Shown: positions 28,600 to 38,973, numbered from the stretch's first letter. The stretch is 64,000 nucleotides of DNA from an uncultured Gemmatimonadaceae bacterium (GCA_963790305.1 CAWBOC010000005.1:96001-160000); one strand, 5' to 3'. Translations and numbers: made by a program. The notes: a model not told the origin generated them from the letters alone.

Positions 28600-28688
28600 G
28601 AGTCAGGAGTCGGGAATCAGGGGAACAGCGCTGCGCCGCAGGCGTGCGTATCTGACAACTGACACCTGACGTCTGATCCCTGACGTCT
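28591..28688. repeat. Palindromic element, family C-like (GGAGTCA left arm, CTGAC-type right arm)
   Basis: AGGAGTTAGGAGTCAGGAGTCGGGAATCAGGG ... CTGACAACTGACACCTGACGTCTGATCCCTGACGTCT. Confidence 0.7.
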
Positions 28689-28711
28689 TCGGACGTTCAC
28701 CTTGGAGACCC

Positions 28712-30385
28712 ATGCGCTTACTCGCTCTTCTTGTCGGGTTCGCCTTCCCCTGCGTCGCTCTCGCCCAGGACGGGACCTGGGCGCTGACCAATGCGCGGAT
28801 CGAGACGGTCACGCGCGGCGTCATCGAGCGTGGCACCATCGTCGTGCGCGATGGTCTCATCGAAGCGGTTGGCGCCGAGGTGCGGCCGCCCGCGGATGCG
28901 CGCATCGTCGATCTCGCCGGAAAGCGCGTATACCCGGGCCTCATCGATCTCACCTCGACGCTCGGACTCGCGAGCGCTCCGCCCGCCGGTGGCGGACCTG
29001 GAAGCCAGGGCGCCGCTGCGTCTCAATCGAGCAGTGCAACCGTCCGCAATGTCGGTCTCGAGCCCGGACGCGTCATCGCCAGCGAGCTGCGGCCGAGCGC
29101 CTCCGACATTCGCGCCGCGCGAGATGTGGGGATAACGACGGTGCTCGTCGCACCGTCGCGCGGCGCCTTCCGTGGACTCTCGGCGCTCGTCCCGCTGCGT
29201 GATGAATCGGCCGAGCAGTACGTGGTGAAGTCGCCTGTCGCGCTGCACATGGGCTTTCAAGGCGCGCAGGGAACAGGCTTTGGAGGGCGCTACCCCGCCA
29301 CGCTGCTTGGCGTCATCGCCTACGAGCGCCAGTCGCTGTACGATGCCCGCCATCATGCGGCGCTCCAGGACCGGTATCGCGCCGGTGCTCGCGGTGCCGT
29401 GCGTCCCTCATACGATGCCGACCTCGACGCGCTCGTTCCCGTCGTGCGCGGAACCGTTCCGGCATTCTTCGCCGCCGACCGCGAGAACGAGATACGCCGC
29501 GCGGTGCGCATCGGTGATGAGTTCGATCTCAAGCTCACCATCGTCGGGGCCACGGAAGGTTTCCGCGCGATCGACGCGCTCAAGCGCGCGGATGGTATCG
29601 TCGTCTCGCTGGACTTCCCGCGCTCGACCGACGTGACGGGGTGGTCCTATCGCTCGACCCGGCGCCACGCGCTGGAGGACAGCGCCGCCACGGACAGCGC
29701 CGTCCGCCGTACGCTCGAGGCCAATGCAGCCACGCTTCACACCGCGGGCATTCGTTTCGCGCTCTCGTCAGGCGGAGCGCGACCGGGCGATTTCCTCGGG
29801 AACGTTCGCAAGGCGATCGCCGCCGGCCTGCCGCGCGAGGTGGCGCTTCAGGCACTCACCGTCCGCGCCGCTGACCTCGCGGGCGTCGGCGCACAGCTCG
29901 GCAGCATCGAGGCCGGGAAGATCGCCAACCTCGTGGTCACCGAGCGCGACATCCTCGGAGACAGCGCGAACGTGCGCATGGTATTCGTCGACGGCATTCG
30001 ACACGAGGTCATTGCGCAACCCGCCGCGGAGCGGCGGCGAGGGGCGGGAGGTGAGCGCGGCGGCGGTGAGGGAGGCGAGAGCGCGCGCGTCGCTGGAACG
30101 TGGGACATCACGGTGACGTCGCAACAGGGCGAGAACCGCGCGAGCATGACCGTCACACAATCGGGCGCCACGCTCGAAGGCACGATGGCGACCGAGATGG
30201 GCACGGTGCAGGTCACGGACGGCCGCATAACGGGTCAGCGTGTCGCCTTCTCGATCGCGGTGCCGATCAGCGGTCAGACGACGACCATCGTGTTTCGCGG
30301 AACAGTCGACGGGAATCGCATGACGGGCACGGCCGACCTTGGGGCGATGGGGAGTGCAACGTTTACGGGAGAGCGGAGACCATGA
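28712..30385 (+). CDS. Amidohydrolase-fold protein lacking the HxH ligands, with an extra C-terminal beta domain
   Basis: PGLIDLTSTLG replaces D-x-H-x-H; GSIEAGKIANLVV; tail AGTWDITVTSQQG...FTGER. Confidence 0.82.
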   Translation: MRLLALLVGFAFPCVALAQDGTWALTNARIETVTRGVIERGTIVVRDGLIEAVGAEVRPPADARIVDLAGKRVYPGLIDLTSTLGLASAPPAGGGPGSQGAAASQSSSATVRNVGLEPGRVIASELRPSASDIRAARDVGITTVLVAPSRGAFRGLSALVPLRDESAEQYVVKSPVALHMGFQGAQGTGFGGRYPATLLGVIAYERQSLYDARHHAALQDRYRAGARGAVRPSYDADLDALVPVVRGTVPAFFAADRENEIRRAVRIGDEFDLKLTIVGATEGFRAIDALKRADGIVVSLDFPRSTDVTGWSYRSTRRHALEDSAATDSAVRRTLEANAATLHTAGIRFALSSGGARPGDFLGNVRKAIAAGLPREVALQALTVRAADLAGVGAQLGSIEAGKIANLVVTERDILGDSANVRMVFVDGIRHEVIAQPAAERRRGAGGERGGGEGGESARVAGTWDITVTSQQGENRASMTVTQSGATLEGTMATEMGTVQVTDGRITGQRVAFSIAVPISGQTTTIVFRGTVDGNRMTGTADLGAMGSATFTGERRP

Positions 30386-31773
30386 GAACGATCGCGATGG
30401 TATTGGTGAGCACGGCGCTTGGCGCGGTCGCGCTCCCGGTCGCCGCGCAGCAAACGACCGCGGTGCGCGACACGGCCCGCCTGCTCTCGTATCCGATTCC
30501 TCCCGCGGGCCGGCTGGTGGCGATCACCAACGCCACGATCATGACGGCCTCGAATGGAACGATTCCGAAAGGAACGGTGGTCATCCGCGATGGAAAGATC
30601 GCCGCAGTCGGAGCCAATGTCGCCGTGCCGGCCGGTGCGCAGGTCATTGACGGAAATGGGAAGTACGTGATTCCGGGCATCGTCGACGCGCACTCGCACA
30701 GCGCGGCCGAATCCATCAATGAGGGGACGCAGTCGATCACGGCGCAGGTCCGCATGGAGGACGTTCTGCGTCAGGATGCGCTCGGACTCTATCGCGAGCT
30801 CGCGGGCGGGGTCACGACCCTCAACATCCTGCACGGATCGGCAAACACCATCGGGGGCCAGAACGCAACGGTGAAGGTCCGCTGGGGATTGCCCGCCGAC
30901 AGTCTGCTGTTTCAGGGCGCGCCTCCGGGAATCAAGTTCGCGCTCGGCGAAAACGTGAGGCAGACGAACCGCACCGTGCTGCCGGGTCAGCAACGGCGCT
31001 ACCCGCGCACGCGCATGGGCGTGGAGGAGCTGCTGCGCGACGCATTCACGCGCGCGCAGGAGTATCGCCGCGAATGGCAGGAATACGAGCGCGGCAGACG
31101 GAATGTGAAGAAGGGTCAGACCGCACCGATTGCGCCGAAGCGCGACCTCCAGCTCGATGCGCTCGTGGAGGTGCTCGAGGGGAAACGGCTCGTGCATTGC
31201 CACTCGTACCGCGCGGACGAGATCCTGATGATGCTCCAGGTCGCGAAGGACTTTGGCTTCCGCGTCGCGAGCTTCCAGCACGTGCTCGAGGGCTACAAGG
31301 TCGCCGACGAAATTGCCGCCGCCGGCAGCGGCGCGTCGACCTTCGCCGACAACTGGGCGTACAAGCTCGAGGCCTTCGACGCGATTCCGCATAACGCGGC
31401 GCTCATGGCGGAGCGCGGCGTCCGCGTCTCGATCAACTCCGACTCCGACGAGCGTGCACGGCGTCTCTACCAGGAGGCCGCGAAGGCCATGCACTACGGC
31501 GGCGTCTCGGAGGACGAAGCGCTGAAGATGATCACGCTCCACGCCGCCTGGCAGCTGGGCATCGACAAGCGGGTCGGCTCGATCGAAGTGGGCAAGGATG
31601 CCGACCTCGCCATCTTCAATGGCCATCCCTTCGCGCCCGCGTCGCGGGTGGAGATGACGTTGATCGACGGGCGCGTCTTCTTCGATCGCAGCACCGCGCC
31701 AACGCTCGAGTACCTGATGGAGCTCATCCGCCAGAAGCAGGGACCGCGGCAGGTGACGGAGGTGCTGCCATGA
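30382..31773 (+). CDS. Amidohydrolase-family protein with catalytic motifs intact
   Basis: PGIVDAHSH, IKFALGEN, HCH, QH and NSD; ATGA overlaps on both sides. Confidence 0.9.
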   Translation: MRTIAMVLVSTALGAVALPVAAQQTTAVRDTARLLSYPIPPAGRLVAITNATIMTASNGTIPKGTVVIRDGKIAAVGANVAVPAGAQVIDGNGKYVIPGIVDAHSHSAAESINEGTQSITAQVRMEDVLRQDALGLYRELAGGVTTLNILHGSANTIGGQNATVKVRWGLPADSLLFQGAPPGIKFALGENVRQTNRTVLPGQQRRYPRTRMGVEELLRDAFTRAQEYRREWQEYERGRRNVKKGQTAPIAPKRDLQLDALVEVLEGKRLVHCHSYRADEILMMLQVAKDFGFRVASFQHVLEGYKVADEIAAAGSGASTFADNWAYKLEAFDAIPHNAALMAERGVRVSINSDSDERARRLYQEAAKAMHYGGVSEDEALKMITLHAAWQLGIDKRVGSIEVGKDADLAIFNGHPFAPASRVEMTLIDGRVFFDRSTAPTLEYLMELIRQKQGPRQVTEVLP

Positions 31774-33101
31774 GGGGCTTTAGATTGCGGATTGCGGATT
31801 GCGGATGGTCGGCAATCGTAGTGCTCGCGAGCGTTGCATCCGCCCAGACACCGATCCGCAATCAGCAATCCGCAATCGTCGTGATCCAGAATGCGACGAT
31901 TGTGCCCGTGACGGGCCCCCGCATTCAGAACGGGAGCATCGTTCTCCGCGGTGGGCGCATTGAAGCCGTCGGGCCGAACGTCGCAGCGCCCGGCGACGCG
32001 CGCGTCATCGACGGCACCGGGCTCTTCGTCTACCCGGGCATGATCGACGGCGGTACGCAGCTCGGGCTCACCGAGATCAGCTCCGTGCCAGGCGGCGAAG
32101 ACACCGAGGAGATCGGCGACTTCAACCCGCATAACGTCGCCCTGACGGCGGTGAACCCGCATTCGGAGCTCATTCCCGTCACGCGGGTCAACGGCGTGAC
32201 GACGGCCATTACCGCCGCCGAGGGTGGGCTGATCAGCGGGCAGGCAGGGCTCATCGACCTCATGGGATGGACGCCGGCCGAGATGGCCGTTCGGCGGCAG
32301 GCGGCGATGGTGGTGAGCTATCCCTCGTTGGGTGGTGGTGGGTTCGGCGGCGGGGGCGGAGGCGGGGGCCAGCAGCGGCCCGAGTCAGAGCGTCGCGAGG
32401 AGCTCGACCGGCGGACGCGCTCGCTGCGCAGCTACTTCGCCGATGCCAAGGCATACACCGAGATGAAGGGACGCGTGGCGAGCGGGGGCGGCGTTCGCAA
32501 GGTGAACCAGGCGATGGAGGCGATGACGCCGATCATGCGCGGGGAGATGCCGATCATTTTCGACGTCACGACTGTCGATCAGATTCGCGGCGTGCTGGCC
32601 CTCGCCGACACCTTCGGCATCAAGGTCGTGCTGCGCGGCGCCCGCGAGGCATGGCGCCTGGCTGACACGCTGGCCATGCGGAAGATCCCGGTGATCGTCG
32701 GTCCGTTGACCACCGTCCCCGGCGCCGATGATCCATACGACATGACATACGCGAACCCCGGTGTGCTCGCGCGCGCCGGAGTGAAGATCGCGTTTCAGAC
32801 ATCCGACGCCGCCAACTCGCGCAACCTCCCCTACAACGCGGCATTGGCTGTCGCCTACGGCCTGGACGCGGACGCTGCCTTACGGGCGCTGACGATCAAT
32901 GCCGCCGAGATCTTCGGAGTGGCCGATCGGTATGGAAGTCTGGCGCCGGGGAAGGTGGCGAACGTCGTGGTGACCAGCGGCGACCCAATGGACGTGCGCA
33001 GCGTCGTCCGCCACCTCTTCATTCGCGGGCAGCCGGTGCCGCTGGATGATCGGCATACGAGGTTGTACGAGCAGTTTAGAGCGAGGCCGCGAACGCCGTA
33101 G
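31770..33101 (+). CDS. Amidohydrolase-fold protein lacking the HxH ligands
   Basis: PGMIDGGTQLG; RVNGVTT; GSLAPGKVANVVV. Confidence 0.85.
   Translation: MRGFRLRIADCGWSAIVVLASVASAQTPIRNQQSAIVVIQNATIVPVTGPRIQNGSIVLRGGRIEAVGPNVAAPGDARVIDGTGLFVYPGMIDGGTQLGLTEISSVPGGEDTEEIGDFNPHNVALTAVNPHSELIPVTRVNGVTTAITAAEGGLISGQAGLIDLMGWTPAEMAVRRQAAMVVSYPSLGGGGFGGGGGGGGQQRPESERREELDRRTRSLRSYFADAKAYTEMKGRVASGGGVRKVNQAMEAMTPIMRGEMPIIFDVTTVDQIRGVLALADTFGIKVVLRGAREAWRLADTLAMRKIPVIVGPLTTVPGADDPYDMTYANPGVLARAGVKIAFQTSDAANSRNLPYNAALAVAYGLDADAALRALTINAAEIFGVADRYGSLAPGKVANVVVTSGDPMDVRSVVRHLFIRGQPVPLDDRHTRLYEQFRARPRTP
31783..31876. repeat. Family A element embedded in the signal-peptide region of 31770..33101
   Basis: GATTGCGGATTGCGGATTGCGGAT (LRIADCG) ... 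ATCCGCAATCAGCAATCCGCAATC (IRNQQSAI). Confidence 0.8.
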
Positions 33102-33228
33102 GGGTCAGGGGTCAGGAGTCAGGGGTCAGGGGGGGTCAGGGTGAAGGTTTCAGGAGAACGCGCGCGCCGCACTCCTGGAACCTCGACCCTGACGCCCCTG
33201 ACCCCTGACTCCTGACTCCTGACCCCTA
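33099..33228. repeat. Palindromic element, family C (GGGGTCA/GGAGTCA units)
   Basis: TAGGGGTCAGGGGTCAGGAGTCAGGGGTCAGG ... CCTGACCCCTGACTCCTGACTCCTGACCCCTA. Both ends supply the TAG stops of convergent genes. Confidence 0.9.
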
Positions 33229-33510
33229 GCTGACGATCCCTTCCCCGCCGTTCTCCAGCTCCTCGCCGCCGTGCCGCCGCCGAATGTGCTCCATGAGCGA
33301 CCGCCGTCGCATGGACTTGCGCAGCTCTGCGGCAATGTGTGCACGCCGCGCCGCATCGAGCAGGCGATCGCTCAAGCGCTCCATCTCCCCCGTCGATTCG
33401 TCGGCAACGTTGCGGACGTCACACAGCTCTTCGATGCTCCGGTTCAGGTCCGACTGCACCTGATCGAGCATCGAACGCGACGGATCACGCGGCTTCCCTC
33501 GAAAGGCCAT
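33226..33510 (-). CDS. Small helical hypothetical protein
   Basis: Strong AAAGGAGG RBS before ATG 33510; 94 aa, charged and helical. Confidence 0.65.
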   Translation of the reverse strand: MAFRGKPRDPSRSMLDQVQSDLNRSIEELCDVRNVADESTGEMERLSDRLLDAARRAHIAAELRKSMRRRSLMEHIRRRHGGEELENGGEGIVS

Positions 33511-33583
33511 TGGGCGCCTCCTTTCCGTCCCCCCGCAGGCACGCACTCTACGGCGAGCTCGCCGCCATCGAAGGGAACTACCT

Positions 33584-35056
33584 CTAAGGCAAACTTTGTG
33601 CTTCGTGCGCCAAGCCGTCGAGGAGCCGAGTCACATGCTCGTCGTGCGTGAACGGGTTCATCATTGTGACTCGGAGCACACGGCGACCCCCCAGAACCGT
33701 CGAGGTGATCCATCCTCGCCCCGATCGGTTGTATCGCTCGCGCAGATCTCGATTCAGCTCGTCGAGCGCGGAGTCATCGCGCCGGGGCGATCCGGTCCAG
33801 CGGAAGCACAGAATGTTCGACTCCGGCTCATGCAACGCCTCGAAGTCGGCACGAGCGCCAATGGCGTCGTGCAGGGTCCGCGTGACAGCGCACAGACGGT
33901 CGTAGAGCGCTCCCATACCGTCGGCGCCGTAGCGCTGCAGCGCAACCCAAACCTTCAGGGCATCAGCGCGGCGTGAGCACATGAAGCTGCGCACCCCCTG
34001 ATCCGCGATACGGTCGCTGTCCTCTCCGTGGAAGAGATAGGGCGCCTGCTGAGCGAACGCGGCGTCGAGATCACGCTCGTCACGAACCAGTAGCAAGCCC
34101 GCAGAAAGCGGGAGGAGCATCATCTTGTGCGGATCCCACGAGACCGAGCTTGCGTGCTCGATGCCTCGCATCCGTACGCGGTGCGCGGAGGAAAACAGCG
34201 CTGACGCACCGTGGGCGCCATCGACGTGAAGCCACACGCCGTGCGTCGCGCACACCTCGCCTATCGCCTCGAGATCGTCGAACGACCCTGTAGCCGTAGA
34301 GCCGGCGGTTGCTACCACCGCCATGACACGCGTGCCTTCTCGCGTGAGCTGCTCGAGCCGTCGCTGCAACACATGCACATCCATGCACAGCGCACGCGAT
34401 GAAATCGCGATCGCACGCCTCGTCCCGAGCCCCAGTTGTGCGATCGCACGCGTGACCGAGTAGTGCGCATGCTCACCGTGCAGCACCACGGGAGCGTTGG
34501 CGGCGACGCCGCCTTCCCACGCCTCGGGGAGGGCGCGTGCGCGCGCCGCGAGAAGAGCCGTGAACGTCGCCTCCGTGCCGCCCGTCGTGAGGGTGCCGCC
34601 CCCGCGAGGACCCAACCCGGCAAGGTCGACCATCCAGCGCACGACGCGATGCTCGATCGCGGTGAGCGTCGGCGACATCTCGCGCACGGCCAGCGAGTTG
34701 TTGAGCATCGAGATCACCGCCTCCACCCAGATCGCCGCCGGCAAAGGCGCTGAAACCTGGTGCCCCATGTACATCGGATGCGTGAGGTGGTTCGCGTCGG
34801 GCACCGCATCACGGGCAATCCGATCCACCACATCGCGCAGTGCTCTTCCCTGCCGCGGCATCGGCTCATCGAAGCGCTGGGCAATCGCCTCAATCGATTG
34901 CGCCGTCGATACAGGCCCCACCTCAGCCCCCGTCTCCTCGAGATAGCGAGCGACGAGCTCGACAAAGAGGGAGCCGGAATCGCGACTCGAATCGAGCGCG
35001 AGGTCGCTCAGGATGTCGTTGGATATGTGAGAACTCGCTCCTCGTTCCTCTTTCAC
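33584..35056 (-). CDS. Group II PLP-dependent decarboxylase (DABA-decarboxylase-like)
   Basis: YMGHQVS, GGTEA, HYSV, HVDGAHG and WDPHK (PLP Lys). The GTG start overlaps the upstream TGA. Confidence 0.9.
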   Translation of the reverse strand: MKEERGASSHISNDILSDLALDSSRDSGSLFVELVARYLEETGAEVGPVSTAQSIEAIAQRFDEPMPRQGRALRDVVDRIARDAVPDANHLTHPMYMGHQVSAPLPAAIWVEAVISMLNNSLAVREMSPTLTAIEHRVVRWMVDLAGLGPRGGGTLTTGGTEATFTALLAARARALPEAWEGGVAANAPVVLHGEHAHYSVTRAIAQLGLGTRRAIAISSRALCMDVHVLQRRLEQLTREGTRVMAVVATAGSTATGSFDDLEAIGEVCATHGVWLHVDGAHGASALFSSAHRVRMRGIEHASSVSWDPHKMMLLPLSAGLLLVRDERDLDAAFAQQAPYLFHGEDSDRIADQGVRSFMCSRRADALKVWVALQRYGADGMGALYDRLCAVTRTLHDAIGARADFEALHEPESNILCFRWTGSPRRDDSALDELNRDLRERYNRSGRGWITSTVLGGRRVLRVTMMNPFTHDEHVTRLLDGLAHEAQSLP

Positions 35057-35574
35057 CCGGTCAGCTCCAATTCCAGGATTTTCCGAGCGGGTAACGGGTC
35101 GACCGTCCTGTAGCATTGCAAGCGGTCAATGGTCACCGGCTCCTCCACGAGCACCGAAAGCAGCTGCCTGCGCTGCGCGACATCGAGCGTGACATAGAAG
35201 CTGAGCGTCGCGTGAGGCGTGAATGGGAATCGCGCCGGCTGGAAGGGCAGGCCCGACGTTGCGATCCGGTCATGGAGCGCGCGCAGCGGGCCGTGCGGAT
35301 CGAGCGGAAGAACGATGATGTCGGTTTGCATGAACCGCATGGGCGCACCCAGCCGCGCTGTGATCGGCGCCGTCGTCTCGGCGATCGGCGCGAGCGCGGT
35401 GTTCAGTGCCTCGAGTGGAACGTTGAGTGGAATGGGGCCGACGCCGGAGGATCCGGTAATCGTGATGTGCGGAACCGACGTGCTCGCCAGCCGTCGATCG
35501 ATGCTCTCCTGCGCCGCTCGCACGATCTCCCGCGCTGTGCCGTTGAGCTCGGAGATGATGAAAATGCCGTCCAC
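35053..35574 (-). CDS. 2H phosphoesterase (2'-5' RNA ligase family)
   Basis: Two HxT motifs: PHITI and FTPHATL. Confidence 0.85.
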   Translation of the reverse strand: MDGIFIISELNGTAREIVRAAQESIDRRLASTSVPHITITGSSGVGPIPLNVPLEALNTALAPIAETTAPITARLGAPMRFMQTDIIVLPLDPHGPLRALHDRIATSGLPFQPARFPFTPHATLSFYVTLDVAQRRQLLSVLVEEPVTIDRLQCYRTVDPLPARKILELELTG

Positions 35575-35585
35575 GGTGGGGAAAA

Positions 35586-35690
35586 GGCGCTAGAGGCGCT
35601 AGAGGCGCTAGAGGCGCTGGGGCGACACGCTGGCCCGATTTCTTCGTACTGTCGCCAGCGCCCTTAGCGCCTCTAGCGCCTCTAGCGCCC
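35586..35690. repeat. Palindromic element, family D
   Basis: (AGGCGCTAG)x3-4 ... (CTAGCGCCT)x3. Confidence 0.88.
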
Positions 35691-36671
35691 TTGCCGTCCT
35701 ACGACCTCACCGCCTGCCCCGTCTGCACGTCGAGCGACGCTGAACAGATCGCCAGCGCCGAGGAGGCGCGCGCGGAGATGGAGGAGCTGTGGGAGTTCCA
35801 CCAGCGGCGGCTCCGGCCGGCAATACCGCCGCGCGCGCTGGCTGACCGCGTCACCTTCTCTCAGAACCCGCCGCTTCGCCTGGCGCGGTGCCGGCAATGC
35901 TCGCTCGTGTATCGCAATCCGCGGGAGCGGGCTGAAGAGCTGGTCGAGACGTACGCGAGCGAGATGCCTGACGACGCTACCCTGCGGACGCTCCACGAGA
36001 ATCAGCGGCGCGCGTACCGCGCGCAGGTTCGGCGTCTCGAGCGCGCTCACGGACGTCGCGGAGCGGGGCTCGAGGTCGGGAGCTACGTGGGTGCGTTCCT
36101 CGCCGCCGCGCGGGACGTCGGTTGGACCTTCGAGGGTCTGGACATCAACGCCCACGCGGCTGCCTTTGCCTGCCGCATGGGATTTCGCGTCACCGTGGGC
36201 GAGCTCGACGAGGTCACCGGGCGGCGATTCGACGCCGTCGCGATCTGGAATACCTTCGAGCAGCTTCCCGACCCGCGCGCGGCCGCCGTCACCGCCCGGC
36301 GGCTGTTGAACACCGGCGGAACGCTCGCCATCCGCGTTCCGAACGGGGAGGCGTACATGACCTTCCGCCGCGCGCTTCGTGGTCCGTTCGCGTCAATCGC
36401 GCGGGCGGCCCTCGTCCACAACAACCTGCTGGGCTTCCCCTATCGTCACGGATTCACCCCTGCGTCGCTCACGCGTCTACTCCATGACGCCGGCTTCGGA
36501 GATGTTCGTTTCCATGGTGATACCCTTGTCCCCATTGGCGACCGTTGGACACGCCGCTGGGCGCGGATGGAGGAACAGGTGGTCAAGGCGCTGTTGCGAG
36601 GTGCGGTGAGAAGTAGCAGGTTAGGGCAGCGATATTCGCCCTGGATCGAAGCTTACGCGCGTGCACGTTGA
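35691..36671 (+). CDS. Class I SAM-dependent methyltransferase with an N-terminal Zn-ribbon
   Basis: CPVC and CRQC pairs; LEVGSYVG; FDAV..WNTFEQLPDP; GGTLAIRVPN. Confidence 0.85.
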   Translation: MPSYDLTACPVCTSSDAEQIASAEEARAEMEELWEFHQRRLRPAIPPRALADRVTFSQNPPLRLARCRQCSLVYRNPRERAEELVETYASEMPDDATLRTLHENQRRAYRAQVRRLERAHGRRGAGLEVGSYVGAFLAAARDVGWTFEGLDINAHAAAFACRMGFRVTVGELDEVTGRRFDAVAIWNTFEQLPDPRAAAVTARRLLNTGGTLAIRVPNGEAYMTFRRALRGPFASIARAALVHNNLLGFPYRHGFTPASLTRLLHDAGFGDVRFHGDTLVPIGDRWTRRWARMEEQVVKALLRGAVRSSRLGQRYSPWIEAYARAR

Positions 36672-36729
36672 TGTGCTCGCAACGCGGTACCCCTCCCCGC
36701 GTCACCCCTTTCATCCCACCTAGCCGCGC

Positions 36730-38973
36730 ATGCCGGACGTGACCGGGGAAGCTACCCTCGGCTCGATTCTCGAGACCCTCGTGCCGGTGATGGCGCAGGC
36801 GGGTAGCGCGGGCAATGCGGCGGTCCTTCTCCTCGAGCGACTCGTCTCGCGACGGAGCTGCACCGCGGGGTGGGTCGGACGTCTCACGGAACGAGGGGAG
36901 CTCATCGGGCTCGCCGAAGTGGACGTCGGCATCAGCGCGGGCGACGTGCACATTGCCGCCGCGCAGGCCATGCATCCGCTCATCCGTACCGCCGTTCGTC
37001 CCGGGGAGCCGCCTCATGTCGCCCCGGTGCGCGAGCTCGGCATGGAGCAGGCCGCGATCATCCCGATGCCGGTCCTCGAGCCGGCGCGGTTCGCCCTCGA
37101 GAGCGCGCAGCACGTGTGGGCCTGGGGCGTGATGGCGCTCGCCGTTTCGCGGCGTCCAACCGCCGAGGAGATGGACCTGTGGGCCCGGCTCGCTCGGTCG
37201 CTCGGCAGCGTCATCGCACGGCTGGAGCGTGACGCCACTCGCGTTGCCGCCGCCGCGGCGGCCGCCCGGGATCGCGCGCTGCTGTCCGATGTCTTCGAGC
37301 ACCTGCCAGACGCGATCGTCATAACTGACGCCGAGAACCGCGTCGCGATCGAGAACGAGCGCGCCCGCGCGTTGCTGCGCACACCCGAGGAGGGGGCCAG
37401 CGAAGGTCTGCGCCGGGCGACCGAGCTCAACACCCTGCTCATGTCATCGTTCCTGTCCCGTGCGGTCCTTCAAGGCACCGGGTCGGGTGAGTCTCGCGAC
37501 GTGACGCTGGTGAATCCGGTCGACGGCAGCGACCTCACGTTCGAGGTTCTCTCGGTGAGACTGACGGGGCGACGCGAGCGCGAGCCGCTCACCGTCTCGC
37601 TGCTTCGCAACGTCACCGACCTCAAGCGCGTGACGGAGGCGCTCACCGCCCAGTTCTCCCGCGCGCGCGACGCGGAACGGGAAATCCGAAGCGAGCGAGA
37701 CCGACTCGAGATCATCCTCGAGAACGTGGCCGACCCGGTCGTCGTCACCGACATGGCCGCAGGCGTGCTCCTCATGAATCGCGCGGCCGAGCGGCTGTTT
37801 CAGGCCCCTGAAGAACCAGGGCCGCTCGTCGCGGAACGCACAGCCGCGTCATTCTCGGTGCGCGCGAACGACACGATTTTCACCTCGTACATCTCCGATT
37901 TCGCTCTCGATCCCGATGAGACGCGCCGCACGACCTTCCGCCTCATGGATCCGACCCGGAAGACGGACTTCCCGGTGGAAGCGATCGCAGGCAAGGTGAT
38001 GAACGAGCGTGGCGAGCCCATCGCGATCGTCACGGTCGTGCACGACCTCAGCGTCGCCGAGGAAAAGGAAAAGCTGGCGTCGCAGCTGATGGTGCTGAAT
38101 CGCGATCTCGAAGCCCGAGTCGCCGAGGCGACGTCCGAGCTCGAGGAGCGCAATCGGCGACTGGAGCTGCAGCGGGACGAGCTTCGGCGCGCGTCGCAGC
38201 TCAAGTCGGAGTTCCTCGCATCGATGTCGCACGAGCTGCGCACACCGCTCAACGCGATCATCGGTCACACGCAGAACATCCTCGACGGTCTCTACGGCCA
38301 GCTGGCGCCGCAAGTACAGATCATTTCGCGCCGCATCGAGCAGAACTCGAAGCATCTGCTGATGTTGATCAACGACATCCTCGACCTGGCGAAGATCGAA
38401 GCCGGCGAGATGCCGATGACCATCGAAGAGGTGGAGTTGCTGCCGCTCGTCGAGGATGTGCTGCGCACCCTGGAGCCGATGGCGCAGCGGCGCTCACTCT
38501 CGCTCACACTCGAGCCGAGCATGTCGCGCGCGCGCATCCGCAGCGACCAGATGAAGCTCCGGCAGATTCTCACGAACCTCGGCTCCAACGCCGTGAAGTT
38601 CACCATCAAGGGCGGAGTTCGCGTTCGCGTCGTGGATGTCGAGGGCGGCGTTTCCATTACCATCGAGGACACCGGCATCGGGATCCCGCATGATCTGATC
38701 GAGACGGCCTTTCAGGACTTCCGCCAGCTCGATCAGAGCTACACCCGCCAGGAGGGTGGCACCGGTCTTGGGCTTTCGATCACGCGCCGTCTGGTGGGCT
38801 TGTTAGGCGGCCGGCTGTTCGTGCGCAGCCGGCCTGGCGTGGGCTCGCACTTCCGCGTGGAGCTTCCGATCTTCCCTGGGCAAGCACCGCGGCTGGAGGG
38901 CGACGTCCTCGTGATCGAGGAGGGGCCGGTCTCGACGGATCCCTCTGTCAGCTCCTCCATGAGGGGCGCATGA
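36730..38973 (+). CDS. PAS-PAS sensor histidine kinase
   Basis: FEHLPDAIVITD and LENVADPVVVTD PAS starts; EFLASMSHELRTPLN; NAVKFT, DTGIGI and GGTGLGL. Confidence 0.93.
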   Translation: MPDVTGEATLGSILETLVPVMAQAGSAGNAAVLLLERLVSRRSCTAGWVGRLTERGELIGLAEVDVGISAGDVHIAAAQAMHPLIRTAVRPGEPPHVAPVRELGMEQAAIIPMPVLEPARFALESAQHVWAWGVMALAVSRRPTAEEMDLWARLARSLGSVIARLERDATRVAAAAAAARDRALLSDVFEHLPDAIVITDAENRVAIENERARALLRTPEEGASEGLRRATELNTLLMSSFLSRAVLQGTGSGESRDVTLVNPVDGSDLTFEVLSVRLTGRREREPLTVSLLRNVTDLKRVTEALTAQFSRARDAEREIRSERDRLEIILENVADPVVVTDMAAGVLLMNRAAERLFQAPEEPGPLVAERTAASFSVRANDTIFTSYISDFALDPDETRRTTFRLMDPTRKTDFPVEAIAGKVMNERGEPIAIVTVVHDLSVAEEKEKLASQLMVLNRDLEARVAEATSELEERNRRLELQRDELRRASQLKSEFLASMSHELRTPLNAIIGHTQNILDGLYGQLAPQVQIISRRIEQNSKHLLMLINDILDLAKIEAGEMPMTIEEVELLPLVEDVLRTLEPMAQRRSLSLTLEPSMSRARIRSDQMKLRQILTNLGSNAVKFTIKGGVRVRVVDVEGGVSITIEDTGIGIPHDLIETAFQDFRQLDQSYTRQEGGTGLGLSITRRLVGLLGGRLFVRSRPGVGSHFRVELPIFPGQAPRLEGDVLVIEEGPVSTDPSVSSSMRGA

